A stretch of DNA of 64,000 bases, from positions 144,608 to 208,607 of the forward strand of contig JAVRCJ020000013.1 in NCBI GenBank assembly GCA_034530875.2, written 5' to 3'. The notes beneath the pieces are model-generated. The model made no database searches. It was not told the DNA's origin and saw nothing but the letters and a program-made list of their open reading frames with translations. The position numbers and the translations under genes are program-made. Positions 1-11,121 of the stretch are shown piece by piece; the stretch's first letter is position 1; each line of letters starts with the position of its first letter. The DNA comes from Nostoc sp. DedSLP01 (GTDB lineage Bacteria > Cyanobacteriota > Cyanobacteriia > Cyanobacteriales > Nostocaceae).

Positions 1-612
1 CTTGCCACGCCAGTAGGGTATGTATTCGGTGAGAGTAAGACACCGCAGAGATTTACCGTGCGTTAGGACTATCTACCAGACTCAAATCTTTTGTGGTGAT
101 GATTTTTTGGCTTTTGTGTACACGGTAGCTGATAAATTGGGGAAAAATTCTAAAGCCGCCTTCAAAAGGGGGTTAGAGAATCTGAATGCGTAAGTCTTGA
201 CTAAATCTAATAGTATAAAATAATACTGAATTTTGTGGAAGACGGAATTTTTTAGTTTTTTGCGTAAAACATAAAACTTGAGATGAATAGTATTACATAA
301 CAAACTTCTTATTTATAACCGGGGGACAACAACTCCTTAGTCTCCTATCTACCTAAAACTCCTTTTTCAAGCACTGCTCTAGAGTTAGTCTAGAGCAGTT
401 TCTTATTGTATAAGCGTCAGGGTTTTGATTTACCACATTGCCAGCAATCGAATATTGTGGGTTTAATGAATAGAGACTTGGGATGCTAAAACCGCTATTA
501 ATACCAATTCTCCAAAAGGAGACAACAGATGATGACGCGGTGACGCGGAGACTGGGAGACGCGGGGATTTACAGCACATTGCAGCTTGGTGAGGGTAGGG
601 GCACATAGCTAT

Positions 613-798
613 CATACGTGTCAACTTAAGCTAGAAATCGCTTCGGTGCTGGCTTCCTCACCTACCAGATAATAAATTCTCTGGCTAATAGCTCAAGTCT
701 ACTTCAGTAGACTCAAAATTTTGGGTATATTTAGTCATCTAAAGATGACTTTTGCTATGAGCAAGGGACATCAGTTCTACGTTAAGTTGACACCAATG
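613..798. mobile_element. MITE-like element (186 bp) nested in other short repeats
   Basis: TIRs CATACGTGTCAACTTAA / TTAAGTTGACACCAATG. 8-bp target duplication ATAGCTAT at 605-612 and 799-806. Confidence 0.75.
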
Positions 799-1329
799 AT
801 AGCTATGCGCCCCTACCTGTGTACTTCATTTACTTGAAATACGCTGTATGTGTAGCTAGATTTTAGAGAATTAGATAAACATAATTAAACTAATTTTTCT
901 TTGTATTTCTATCTGAAAAATCAGTGTTTTCGATAATATTATCGAACCCTTTAAAATTTTACACGTGTTTAGCAACGTTGTTTCTTATTGGGTCATAAGT
1001 GTACATTTTATGAATTATGAGTTATTCTTCAAATATGATTTAATTAAGCAAATTAGACTTTATTTCTAGTTTAATGTCATAATTAGTTTCAACAAATTTT
1101 AACGAAAATAAATTAGACAAATATTTAGCTAATAAGCATGTAAAAAGCGTGTTTTACTCTTATTAACGTACAAAGTGTAGCTCAATGTCTATTTTGTATT
1201 TTAAATACTGCTGTATTCAGGAAAATTTTTGAATATTTACCGGATTCTATTTTAATTTTTCAGAATAATAGCTCATCTACATAAATTTTGCGCTTCACCG
1301 GACTGTATTGAGCTATAAAGGAAATTGTT

Positions 1330-2517
1330 ATGACAACCCAAGTTTTTCGCGGCATTACTTACACTCAACAATTCATTCAAGAGAGTAATGAGAATTTTTT
1401 GGGTGATGAAAGTCCAGACTGGTTTGTGGTAGTAGGTAACAACAATGTTGTGAATACGGGAGATAGTAATGATGTTGTTTTACTAGGAAGAAGTATAGAT
1501 TTTATTTTTAATATAGATACTAGTATCTTTAGCGGTGAAGTTTTACAAACTAGTCCATTGCCTTGCAGTTCTAATAGAATTAACACACTTGTTAGTACTG
1601 GCAGAGGAGATGATTATGTCAGTTTGGGAGCAGGCGATAGTGAAATTTACTTGGGAAGCGGAAATAATTTTTTAGACGATTATGGTGGTGACTATCTGTT
1701 CGATGCTGATAACAATATTATTGGCTTAGATGGTATCTCAAAATTATTTGCTTCAACTGGAATAGGTGACGATATTTTCTATTTAAGAGGATTTGCTGAC
1801 CGAACAATTAATGCGGGAAAAGGTAACAACTTAATATTGTTGGGAGCTGGAGAAGCCAAAATTAATACATATTCAGGAAATGATGTTATCAGCAGCGAAG
1901 TTTCATTATTAACTTATATCTCTGCAAATAATTTGCCATCTTATAACCAAACTATAAATGCTGGCGATGGTGACAATGAAATTGCAATGATATCTTATGG
2001 CAAAACTACAATTAGAACTGGCTACGGCGATGATTTTATTTTAGGTTTGGGAATCTCTGGTTCAACTTCTACAGATATTTATGCAGATGATGGCAACAAC
2101 ACAATCATTACAAATGATACCAACAGCAATATTTACTCTGGTTTAGGTAATAACTTAATTTTTGCTGGTTCAGGTGATGATAGTATCCACGTGGGAAATG
2201 GCAATAATCTGATAAATTTGCGGGGAGGAACGGTTTGTCTACCAGAAGCTTTAAGTAAGGATACAAATCTGTTTGATTCATCTGTAGACGTCATAGGTGG
2301 AGGGAACGATAAAGTCTACTTGGGTGAAGGAACAGATACAGTGATTTTGGGAAGCAGTGGTTTTGCTACTATCTACGGTTTTGGTTACGGCGATCGCTTA
2401 AATCTGAGTGGCTTAAACGCCAGCCTCACTCAAATCGGAAAAGACACGCTAATTAATTCATGTGGTGGTTCTTTAGCAATTCTCAAAGGATATACAGGTT
2501 CGGTAGATTTAGTTTAA
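1330..2517 (+). CDS. Hemolysin-type (RTX-like) calcium-binding repeat protein
   Basis: Many Gly/Asp/Asn nonapeptide-like repeats (TGRGDDYV, AGDGDNEI, AGSGDDSI, GGGNDKVYLGEGTDTV). Confidence 0.7.
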   Translation: MTTQVFRGITYTQQFIQESNENFLGDESPDWFVVVGNNNVVNTGDSNDVVLLGRSIDFIFNIDTSIFSGEVLQTSPLPCSSNRINTLVSTGRGDDYVSLGAGDSEIYLGSGNNFLDDYGGDYLFDADNNIIGLDGISKLFASTGIGDDIFYLRGFADRTINAGKGNNLILLGAGEAKINTYSGNDVISSEVSLLTYISANNLPSYNQTINAGDGDNEIAMISYGKTTIRTGYGDDFILGLGISGSTSTDIYADDGNNTIITNDTNSNIYSGLGNNLIFAGSGDDSIHVGNGNNLINLRGGTVCLPEALSKDTNLFDSSVDVIGGGNDKVYLGEGTDTVILGSSGFATIYGFGYGDRLNLSGLNASLTQIGKDTLINSCGGSLAILKGYTGSVDLV

Positions 2518-2629
2518 AAAGGTGCTGCGTGTAAGGAAATCACCGCAAATAAATTTAACTTCTGTAGGGTGCGTTGTCCCAAAGCGCAACGCACCATAAA
2601 TATGGCTGAAATAAATATATGAAAATGAT

Positions 2630-2920
2630 GTCTACGACTCTTCTTAGGAACTCCTGCCGCCATAGCGTACTCTACACTGCTTTTGCCATACAGGGTACTA
2701 ACTGCCCTTCTGTTTACAGCATTTCTCGGTACAATTTATCCAAACTGGAAAACGCAATATTGTAGGCACTTTCTCTTGTTCGTATCTTGTCAACCAGACT
2801 TGAGAAGGTAGGTAAGGTGAGTTCATTGCCTAAATCTAAATCTCGAGCAATTGAATTTATACCAGCTGCACGACGCATTGCTCTTTGTAAAATTACGGAA
2901 GTTCTTTTTCTACGAGCCAT
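2630..2920 (-). pseudogene. Disrupted conserved cyanobacterial hypothetical protein
   Basis: ORF MARRKRTS... stops at TAA 2714-2716. A family-like C-terminal segment (TLYGKSSVEYAMAAGVPKKSRR) continues in another frame. Confidence 0.55.
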
Positions 2921-3252
2921 AATCTACACCTTGTATTTCAGTACGGTTAATATTCTTTACCTTAAAAAACTTCTGTATAGATCGGCTTGAGAGAATTCCG
3001 GCAAATCTGCAATGGCTTTTGCTACAAGCACAGTATAAATGCGCGAATTAGTCAAATGAGAAAGTAAGTTGGGGTTTGAAAAAATAAAAGCTCATCTTGC
3101 TTGTAGAAAACACCGAAATCAAAAAGCTAAAAGGGATTTTGAGAAAAAAATACGTTATTTTGCTAAGCAAATTTGACTTTATTTATTTTTGCGATCGCCC
3201 CTGTCTCGATCTCATAAATATTGAACTAAAGCCGAATCTAACAGGCTGTTTT

Positions 3253-4191
3253 CTAAACCGACATGACAAAAAAGGAACTAGTTAACATTAAACAATGCCA
3301 GCCTGTAAATAACATATAAGTTCTACGATCTGCTTGAGAAGTACGATATACCAAAATTCTTGCTGCTATGCTCCAACTTGCGATCGCCAATATCCCATCC
3401 CATAAAAGAACAGCGAAGTGGTTTCCTGCAGGTAGCATCAAAATAATATGCACAAATAAAGGCAGCAAGCCAAATCCTAAACTCAGCACAACTCGACTAG
3501 TCATCTCTCCAAAAACAAGGGGAAAGGTCTTTCGTCCTACTGTGCGATCGCCTTCCATATCTCGCAGGTCTTGTATATGAGCCAAGACCAGCCACACTCC
3601 AGCCAGAAATCCGATCCATTCCCAAGCAATTGCAGTTAATGGAGTAACCATTTGCCATGCCGCAGCAAAGATTGAGAATATTCCTCCTGCAATAAATAGG
3701 TTTTTAGTTAACCAATGATGACTCAAACCTAAGCAGTCATGCACAATTACACAAAACAGTCCCAAACATGCCCATTCCAAAATTTCTAAGTATGCCCCAA
3801 AAGCAATTAGGAGTATGATGGCGATCGCAAAACGTACCTGCGCCCCACGATATGAAACCATTCCTGAAACTAAAGGGCGATCGGGCTTATTGTGTCGATC
3901 TTCTTCAAAACCAACCAGTTGGTTTGGGATGCAGCAAGTTGTGAGACATAGCCAAAAGTAAAGTGTACTCTGTCCTAAAGTCAGCGCCCACTCAATTAAT
4001 GATGATGTATGCGTATGTAGAGCAGTGCTAGTAAATACTAATCCAGGCAAAAGTACGGCTGTAATATCTCTTCTCACAAACAACCAATTGAGCCTTGCCT
4101 CATGAAACAGCAGTGTTATCACTTGATAAATATTGTCAAATTTAATACTTAAAATTAAACGCTCGATATTCTGCTGATGTACCAAATGCAT
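3253..4191 (-). CDS. UbiA-superfamily membrane prenyltransferase, possibly a UbiA-type terpene cyclase
   Basis: Multiple TM segments. Motifs NQLVGFEEDRHNKPDRP and QDLRDMEGD. Confidence 0.8.
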   Translation of the reverse strand: MHLVHQQNIERLILSIKFDNIYQVITLLFHEARLNWLFVRRDITAVLLPGLVFTSTALHTHTSSLIEWALTLGQSTLYFWLCLTTCCIPNQLVGFEEDRHNKPDRPLVSGMVSYRGAQVRFAIAIILLIAFGAYLEILEWACLGLFCVIVHDCLGLSHHWLTKNLFIAGGIFSIFAAAWQMVTPLTAIAWEWIGFLAGVWLVLAHIQDLRDMEGDRTVGRKTFPLVFGEMTSRVVLSLGFGLLPLFVHIILMLPAGNHFAVLLWDGILAIASWSIAARILVYRTSQADRRTYMLFTGWHCLMLTSSFFVMSV

Positions 4192-4618
4192 AGTTTGATA
4201 TTAAATTCAAGATTACTATATCTATAGTTCCCCTTGTATAAAAACAATTAACAACAGCCAATAGATTGCTTAGTTAAATTTTTGACAAATTCCTACTTAT
4301 TGCTTGTCTATCGTGCTTGTGCTGGGCTTCTCTGCGAGATGCTTTGCGTAGCTTGCTTCCCCGCAGGGGTACGCGCACCATATACAGCACTGGTGAGGTA
4401 CAGATAATCAAGCTATGCTGCCTCTACCCATGTACTTCTTTAGCTGAAATATGCTGTAAATAAATTTTCTAAATCAAAACGGATTGCTATAGCAATTTGA
4501 TAATATGAACAAAAAGAGCGAATGTCTGTTTTAAAAAGTGACGCTCTACGGCAAGCCCCAAAGCGTCTACAAGCGGCTTTTCAATAATGCCCTCTTCACC
4601 ACAGATAACAAAAACATT

Positions 4619-5197
4619 ATGGCAAAGCGTAAAAAAAGCAATCTTCAGTGGATTAAAGAAACGCTTGAATTAAAGCCCGATCATCGCTGGGAATCTCCAT
4701 CAGGCTACAAAATATTTGTCGCTAATCGGGGGGCTGTTCGCTTCAATGTTCCTCAAAATTGGGTTTTTGAGCCACAAGAAAAATCCTTCAAGTTCATGGA
4801 TAAAAAACCGCCTAACGATGATTGCTGTCTGGAAGTATCTTTTAATCAGCTGCCCCCCCATGATTGGAGCGAGTTTCCCCTCAAATCTACCTTGAGAAAA
4901 GTCGTAGAAGACGACAGTCGCAACCCCATTGAAAAAGGAGAAATTATTACTGTCAAGCGTCAAACCGCGAGAATTGTCTGGACACAGATTAAATTTATTG
5001 ACACTCAAGAAGAACCACGGGAAGCTTTTTCTCGAATTTGTATTGGTTTAGGATCGAATGTTCAGTGCTTGATTACATTTGATTATTGGACAGACCAAGC
5101 AGAACAACTAATACCCGTTTGGGATGAAGTAATGCGTAGTCTGACACTAGGATTGTATATCCGCGACCCCATGACTGGTCTGGCTTTCCCAGACTAA
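4619..5197 (+). CDS. Conserved hypothetical protein
   Basis: Long clean ORF. Likely start is ATG 4619 (MAKRKK) rather than the GTG at 4538. Confidence 0.6.
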   Translation: MAKRKKSNLQWIKETLELKPDHRWESPSGYKIFVANRGAVRFNVPQNWVFEPQEKSFKFMDKKPPNDDCCLEVSFNQLPPHDWSEFPLKSTLRKVVEDDSRNPIEKGEIITVKRQTARIVWTQIKFIDTQEEPREAFSRICIGLGSNVQCLITFDYWTDQAEQLIPVWDEVMRSLTLGLYIRDPMTGLAFPD

Positions 5198-5240
5198 AAT
5201 CCAACCATCATATTGAGCTACTTATCTTTGCAAACAAACT

Positions 5241-6332
5241 CTAGCAAGGCAAATAAACACTGACAGTTGTTCCTTTTTGTGGAATGCTATCGATTGTCAA
5301 TTCACCGCCATATAAATTCACTATATGCTGAACGATAGCTAGTCCTAAGCCAGAGCCTTGCTGTTCGTAAGACTTACGATTAAATTGGAGAAATGCGCCA
5401 AATTTTTCAATTTCTTGTGGTGTCATTCCTCGGCCATTATCAATTATATGTAATTGAAATTTGCGATCGCGGATATTAGCGATAACTTGCACTTCGCTGC
5501 TAGGCGAAGAAAATTTAAAAGCATTGTCCAGTAATTCTTCAATGATGATACTAAGTTTTTCTTCTGTTATTTTTACCGTAGATGCTTGCAATTCCAGCTT
5601 TAAATCTTTTTCTCTGCCTACTTCTCTAGCTTTTATCTGAGAAATTACATTAATAACTTTATCGCTAGAACATCGATCTGGCTGTTCTTGAATTTTACGG
5701 AATTTCTCAGGACTTTTTGCGATTAATTCCAGGTCGCTATAGAGTAAAAATCTTTGAGTTAATCGATATAATCGATTAGCAGATGTGTAAATTAATTCGG
5801 CAATTTCGATTTCTTCAGATTCAGGCATGACGTCACAATTTTCCATTAACAACTGTGACATACCAAGAATACCATTTAAAGGAGTATTCAGTTCGTGCGG
5901 TAATGACTGGGCAATATTTATTCTGAGTTCATCTAGTTTAGCTTGAGATTGGCGCTCAATTAAAGCGTGTTTCTCAAGACGAGAAGCAATCGCACTCAGT
6001 AATTCTTCAGGTGTAAATGGTTTAGTTAAATAATCATCAGCTCCAAAATCCATACCTTTACGAAAATCTGAACGCTCTGCTTTAGCAGAGAGAAATATCA
6101 AAGGTATATTTATAGTTGCTTCGTTTTGGCGCAAAGCAGACAGTACGCTATAGCCATCTAACTCTGGCATCATGATGTCGCAGATAATTAAATCCGGTAA
6201 TTCGGTTGTAGCAATTTCTAATCCAATTCGACCGTTGGCAGCTATTAAAGTTTGAAAATCAGAAAGTTGTAAAATTTGCTGAATATTTTCTCTGACTTGA
6301 GGCTCGTCTTCTATGATTAAAATTGTGCTCAT
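5241..6332 (-). CDS. Hybrid histidine kinase/response regulator (REC-HisKA-HATPase)
   Basis: ILIIEDE...DIMMP receiver, H-box HELNTPL, N/G boxes (LLDNAFKFS, DNGRG, GSGLGL). Likely start is MSTIL at 6332. Confidence 0.9.
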   Translation of the reverse strand: MSTILIIEDEPQVRENIQQILQLSDFQTLIAANGRIGLEIATTELPDLIICDIMMPELDGYSVLSALRQNEATINIPLIFLSAKAERSDFRKGMDFGADDYLTKPFTPEELLSAIASRLEKHALIERQSQAKLDELRINIAQSLPHELNTPLNGILGMSQLLMENCDVMPESEEIEIAELIYTSANRLYRLTQRFLLYSDLELIAKSPEKFRKIQEQPDRCSSDKVINVISQIKAREVGREKDLKLELQASTVKITEEKLSIIIEELLDNAFKFSSPSSEVQVIANIRDRKFQLHIIDNGRGMTPQEIEKFGAFLQFNRKSYEQQGSGLGLAIVQHIVNLYGGELTIDSIPQKGTTVSVYLPC

Positions 6333-6494
6333 CTGCAAATGTAAATAAATTATTTTTCGCAAAGTTGATAAGAATTTTCTATCCAGACGAAAATTATAGC
6401 CAACTGAGTAAATTAGCTATGATTTATAGGTAATAACAGTTTTTTCAGCCTAACCTTGATTATTAGTGAAAGATTAATTCTTAGTTAACCTCTT

Positions 6495-7229
6495 TTATTT
6501 ATTATGATTTAATAAATTTAATGTTTGCATAATTTTGGCATTTTCTGGAGTCAGCAATGTTTGTAAATGCTTGATTTCATTCAAAAGCATCATTTCTCTG
6601 GCATACTCTTGTTGTAGGATACTCAAGTAGCGATCGCGCTCAACTTCTGATTGAGCTTTTTTTAGCATATAGATTGCCATATTAATATTTGAAAGTGGGT
6701 TACCTAAGTCCTGTAAAAGCTTTTGTAAAACCTCATTATAAGTTTGTGCTAGTTGTTGACTCTCTTGCAGTTTTTGTAAATTTACTTGTATCTCCTGCTT
6801 CAGGTTGGCATTTTTTTGATGCTCTTGTTCGTATTGCTTTTGAATTAAAATAGGTTTTTCTAACCGAGCCAATCTAACTTTAATAGCTTTCAGTAGTTCT
6901 TCTGGAGAGAAAGGTTTTGTCAGGTAATCATCGGCTCCTAATTCCATACCTTGGCGTAAGTCACCACGGTCTACTTTTGCAGTCAGAAAAATTACTGGAA
7001 TAGATTCAGTGACTGGATCTTGGCGTAAGGCCGTCAGCACAGCATAACCGTCAAGTTCTGGCATCATCACGTCACAACATATCAGGTCTGGTTTTTCTAC
7101 TTTAGCCAGTTGTAATCCTTCTAAACCATTATTTGCAGTAATAGCATCAAAATCTGAGAGACTTAAAATCTGTTGAATATTTGAGCAAATTTGGGATTCA
7201 TCTTCAATTACTAATATTTTTTTGTTCAT
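6495..7229 (-). CDS. Response regulator with coiled coil and degenerate HisKA-like tail
   Basis: REC domain (ILVIEDE, DVMMP, KPF). Tail LQDLGNPLSNI lacks the His; no ATPase domain. Confidence 0.85.
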   Translation of the reverse strand: MNKKILVIEDESQICSNIQQILSLSDFDAITANNGLEGLQLAKVEKPDLICCDVMMPELDGYAVLTALRQDPVTESIPVIFLTAKVDRGDLRQGMELGADDYLTKPFSPEELLKAIKVRLARLEKPILIQKQYEQEHQKNANLKQEIQVNLQKLQESQQLAQTYNEVLQKLLQDLGNPLSNINMAIYMLKKAQSEVERDRYLSILQQEYAREMMLLNEIKHLQTLLTPENAKIMQTLNLLNHNK

Positions 7230-7380
7230 TAGCTTATATAACTAGTAGTTTTTAGTTGGTAGTTCTGTTATGTCTCTAGAAAAGTTAATGGAATCTTTCA
7301 ACTTTACTATTTACTAAATAGGACCCGATGATTTATTGTTCCCCAAAATTATTTACTAATAACATATTAAATGGATAATT

Positions 7381-10300
7381 TTAAGCTACAGATTTTTTGG
7401 TTACGAGAGGTAATTCCACTCTAAATGTCGTACCTGCTCCGAACTGGCTAGCAAGACTAATTCTGCCTCTATGAAGGTCTATACACTTATTGACTATTGC
7501 CAAGCCTAATCCAGTTCCTGGTGTATTCCCAACATTACTAGCTCGGTAGAATGGTTCAAATAACTTTTTTTGTTCTTCTGGTAAAATACCAATACCTTCA
7601 TCTTGAATCAGAAAAACTGCACTTCCATCTTGAATTAACAAATTAATTTGAATATTATTACTATTTGGTGAATATTTCACAGCGTTAGACAGCAAATTAC
7701 TTAATATTTGTCGTAAAAGTTTCTTGTCCATACAAGCTGTCAAGCGCTCGTTTGTTGATGAATTGCTCAAGCTCTGAAAAGAGAAGGCTAGAGTATGATT
7801 AGGAGAACTAAGTTGAATTTCTTCTACCAAAGATCGGCAAAAATCAATCAAATCAATATAAGCTGGTTCAAATGCTAATTTTCCAGCTTCAGCTTTATTA
7901 ATTAGTAAAATATCATCTAAAAGTTGAGTAGTGTGTTGCACATAAGTCTGAATGCACTGGAGATGTTTGTGTTTTTGTTGTTCGTCTAGTTTATCGCTAA
8001 AACTTTTTAATATTCCAGCAGACGAAGCAATCACTGCTAAAGGAGTTCGGAATTCGTGAGAAGTCATAGAAATGAAACGAGATTTTAACTCGCTGAGTTC
8101 TTTTTCTTTTGCTAAAGTTTTACGAATATTTTCCTCAGCTTGTTTGCGTTCGCGGATATCTTTAACTACTCCAATTATAGAAATCGGCTTTCCAATTGAA
8201 TCTCTAATTAAAGAAACTGTGAGATTGACCCAGATTAAATTCCCATCTTTATGTAAATAGCGCTTTTCTAGAGAAAAGGTGTCTAATTCTCCAGCTATTA
8301 ATATCTGTAATTTCTTTAAATGAACTTCTATATCTTCTGGATATGTAATATCTCGAAAATTTTTGTTCAATAGTTCTTCTTGGCTATAACCTAACATTTC
8401 ACACAGCTTCTGATTACCTTTGACAAAACGACCTTCTAAAGTTTCTAATTTAATTCCTACAGCTGCTTGATGAAAAATAGCCCTTAGTTCTGCCTCACTT
8501 TCTTGCAGTTCTAAAGTACGTTGCTGAACTCTATTTTCTAAATCTCGGTTAAGTTTTTGTAGAGCTTCTTGCGCTCGTTGTCGTTGTAATTCAGCAGATG
8601 CTCTGGCTGCAAATACTTTCAGGATTCCTTGAAACCTCTCGGGGTCAGGTATGGGTTTTTCATCTACTATGCATAGCGAACCAATCGAATTACCAAAATT
8701 ATCGCTCAAAATAACTCCCATAAAACTTTCGGCTTCCATTGCTGCCCATCTTTCAGCTTCAGGAAAGAGTTGGTGAATGCCGCAATCACAGTAGTAAAAT
8801 CCTTGCTGGCGCAAAATTTCACAAGGCGTTGATTTGGGGTTATATGAAATATTAGGCTGTAATTGGTTATCAGACCAAAATCCTAAAGTATGAAGTTCGC
8901 TGTCTACGAACTCTGTGACGAAAGCCTCCCTAACATCTAAAGTCGAAGAAATGTGTTCGACTAATGCTGGAAAAAAGTCACGTCCAGTTATAGAAGCTGT
9001 ACTTTCTATCAAACTTTGTAAGGCAATTTCAGCTTGTTTGCGTTTTGTAATATCAATTCCTACTGCAACAGTGGCTGTGTTTTGTTGATATTTTTGAGCT
9101 ATGACTAAGTAATTATATATTTTTCCATTGATTTGGAGATCGATAACTCTAGAATCTGATAAATTTTGTCTAGCTAAAAATCCTCGCATAAATTCTATAA
9201 ATTGGGCGCTGTTTTCCATAAATCCCAATTCTTGACCGATAAAAGCATCCGTAGTCAAGTTAAAACTTTCAGCTAAATGGCGATTAACTCCTAAATAACG
9301 TCCATCAGAATTTACCCAAGAAACAAACCCAGGAACAGCATCCAAAACTGTTTGTAATTGCTCTTTTGCTTGTTGGAGATTTTTTTGGGATTGTTTGTAT
9401 TCAGTGATGTCTTCGGAGATACATAACAAATATTCGGGTTGTTGGTCTTTGTCATACAGAGGAATTTTAGTTGTATGTAAAATTCTTCTACCAAAGCTAG
9501 GAGTGTCGATAAATTCTTCAGAAATATCTTGAGCTACGCCGCTAGCAAAAGCTGCTTGGTCTTGTTGTCGGAAATAGTCTGCTTGTTCTTTGGAAAAGAA
9601 TTCATAATCTGTTTTGCCAATAGCCTCTTCGGCCGCGATACCAAATAGAGATTCGCTGCTATGATTCCAGAGTTTGAATTGTCCGAAATTTTGTGGTTTA
9701 GCATCTTTGACAAAGACTGCAACCGGAAGATTATTAATCATTGATTGGAGAAAGTTGCGAGTCTGCTGGAGTTCTTCTTGAGCTTTTCGACTCTCAGTAA
9801 TATCTGTGCCCGTACAGATGATATACTCAACTTGGTTATTGCGATTCAGTAAAACTTTGTTTGACCAAGAGATTAAGCGGCGATCGCTATCTTTGGTAAT
9901 TAAACAAGTTTCATAACTTTGAGGAAATTCTCTCTCTGCTAAATGTTGAAAAATAGCTTTGATACATTCTGTTTTTTCAGCTAATAGCAGTACATCCCAA
10001 ACAAATTTTCCTTTAGCGATATCAAATGGATAACCCGTAGCTTGTTCGCAAGTATGATTGAAACGAACAATTCTTCCTTGACCATCTAATACAACCACTA
10101 AAGCATCTGTGAGGTTAAAAATTGCGGAAATAAAATTACGTTCTAAGCGCAATTCTCCCTCAATTCGTCGGCGTTCTGCAAGTTTAACTCGGGCATAATT
10201 GTAGAGTCCTGCTTGTTGAATGGTAACTGCTAAAAGACTCTTAGGTGTTACTAATCCAATTACTTCCCCTTGCTCTCCAATAATAGGCAGATGGTAAATC

Positions 10301-10698
10301 CGATATTGCCTCAGCAGATTTAATGCAGTAAAAACATCTTTAAAATCTTCTATCTTCAGGGTGATTAACTCTCTGGTCATTACTTCAGCAACAGTGATAC
10401 TGTCCAGACTCTTTTTTTGTGCTGTCAGTTTGATTAAGTCGCTTTGTGTAATTATTCCCACCAAGTGCGAGTTGTCTACCACTAGAACGCAACTGTCAAC
10501 TTGAGATGCAATGTTATCTATCTCTTGATTTGAGTTGTTCGCTAAATTATTATTTGTCAGTGGCAGGCCATTAAAATTCCCTTGCGTCTCATTGATGAGT
10601 GCGATCGCATCTGTCAGTAGAATCTCAGAGTTAACACTAAGAGGCTGACGGATGATAGTCAAGTGTAAATTATCAGGGCTGTGAGAGTTAAAAACCAT
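7381..10698 (-). CDS. Multi-sensor histidine kinase (CBS pair, several PAS, GAF, HisKA, HATPase)
   Basis: CBS-like VGIITQSD/AEVMTRE. PAS-PAC motifs (GTDITE, SEDITE, KDIRERK). H-box SHEFRTPL and GTGLGL. Confidence 0.9.
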   Translation of the reverse strand: MVFNSHSPDNLHLTIIRQPLSVNSEILLTDAIALINETQGNFNGLPLTNNNLANNSNQEIDNIASQVDSCVLVVDNSHLVGIITQSDLIKLTAQKKSLDSITVAEVMTRELITLKIEDFKDVFTALNLLRQYRIYHLPIIGEQGEVIGLVTPKSLLAVTIQQAGLYNYARVKLAERRRIEGELRLERNFISAIFNLTDALVVVLDGQGRIVRFNHTCEQATGYPFDIAKGKFVWDVLLLAEKTECIKAIFQHLAEREFPQSYETCLITKDSDRRLISWSNKVLLNRNNQVEYIICTGTDITESRKAQEELQQTRNFLQSMINNLPVAVFVKDAKPQNFGQFKLWNHSSESLFGIAAEEAIGKTDYEFFSKEQADYFRQQDQAAFASGVAQDISEEFIDTPSFGRRILHTTKIPLYDKDQQPEYLLCISEDITEYKQSQKNLQQAKEQLQTVLDAVPGFVSWVNSDGRYLGVNRHLAESFNLTTDAFIGQELGFMENSAQFIEFMRGFLARQNLSDSRVIDLQINGKIYNYLVIAQKYQQNTATVAVGIDITKRKQAEIALQSLIESTASITGRDFFPALVEHISSTLDVREAFVTEFVDSELHTLGFWSDNQLQPNISYNPKSTPCEILRQQGFYYCDCGIHQLFPEAERWAAMEAESFMGVILSDNFGNSIGSLCIVDEKPIPDPERFQGILKVFAARASAELQRQRAQEALQKLNRDLENRVQQRTLELQESEAELRAIFHQAAVGIKLETLEGRFVKGNQKLCEMLGYSQEELLNKNFRDITYPEDIEVHLKKLQILIAGELDTFSLEKRYLHKDGNLIWVNLTVSLIRDSIGKPISIIGVVKDIRERKQAEENIRKTLAKEKELSELKSRFISMTSHEFRTPLAVIASSAGILKSFSDKLDEQQKHKHLQCIQTYVQHTTQLLDDILLINKAEAGKLAFEPAYIDLIDFCRSLVEEIQLSSPNHTLAFSFQSLSNSSTNERLTACMDKKLLRQILSNLLSNAVKYSPNSNNIQINLLIQDGSAVFLIQDEGIGILPEEQKKLFEPFYRASNVGNTPGTGLGLAIVNKCIDLHRGRISLASQFGAGTTFRVELPLVTKKSVA

Positions 10699-10971
10699 TA
10701 TGCAGATGCCTGAAAGAAAATAGTTTTAAAGAAGTAACAACCAGATTTTTACCTATAAATATCTAAAAATCCTCAGTATTTTCTATGATAAAAAATTCTT
10801 CATATTTGGTGTTGAAAGATTCAAATATAACAATTGCAGCAAAGTTGAGGATTTAAAGAAGGCAGTAGACAATTCTTGCTAGAGGCCGTTTTTGTAACGA
10901 AGATTTATACCCCATTCCAAAAAGTTTTCGCCTTAAAAGATGAGGTTTTAGACTTGATTGTTTCGATAAAA

Positions 10972-11046
10972 TAACACGGTTTAGTTAAGCTGTTTTCCGT
11001 TGCTTCCCCTACTTCACAGATAAACTTCCTTAACTAAACCGTATTG
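10972..11046. repeat. Short inverted-repeat element of the same family as the 20023-20122 MITE
   Basis: Ends TAACACGGTTTAGTTAAG ... CTTAACTAAACCGTATTG. Confidence 0.55.
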
Positions 11047-11121
11047 AGACATCAACTGTTTGCCAAACGGGAACACCCAAAAGAATTTTAAGCCTGTGCT
11101 CTGCGTAAGAGCGATCGCACT

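Noticed and set aside
1..303. 73-aa ORF and possible structured RNA at the window start
   Set aside because: No protein motif, and no riboswitch, intron or omega-RNA consensus that I could match. The context is cut off.
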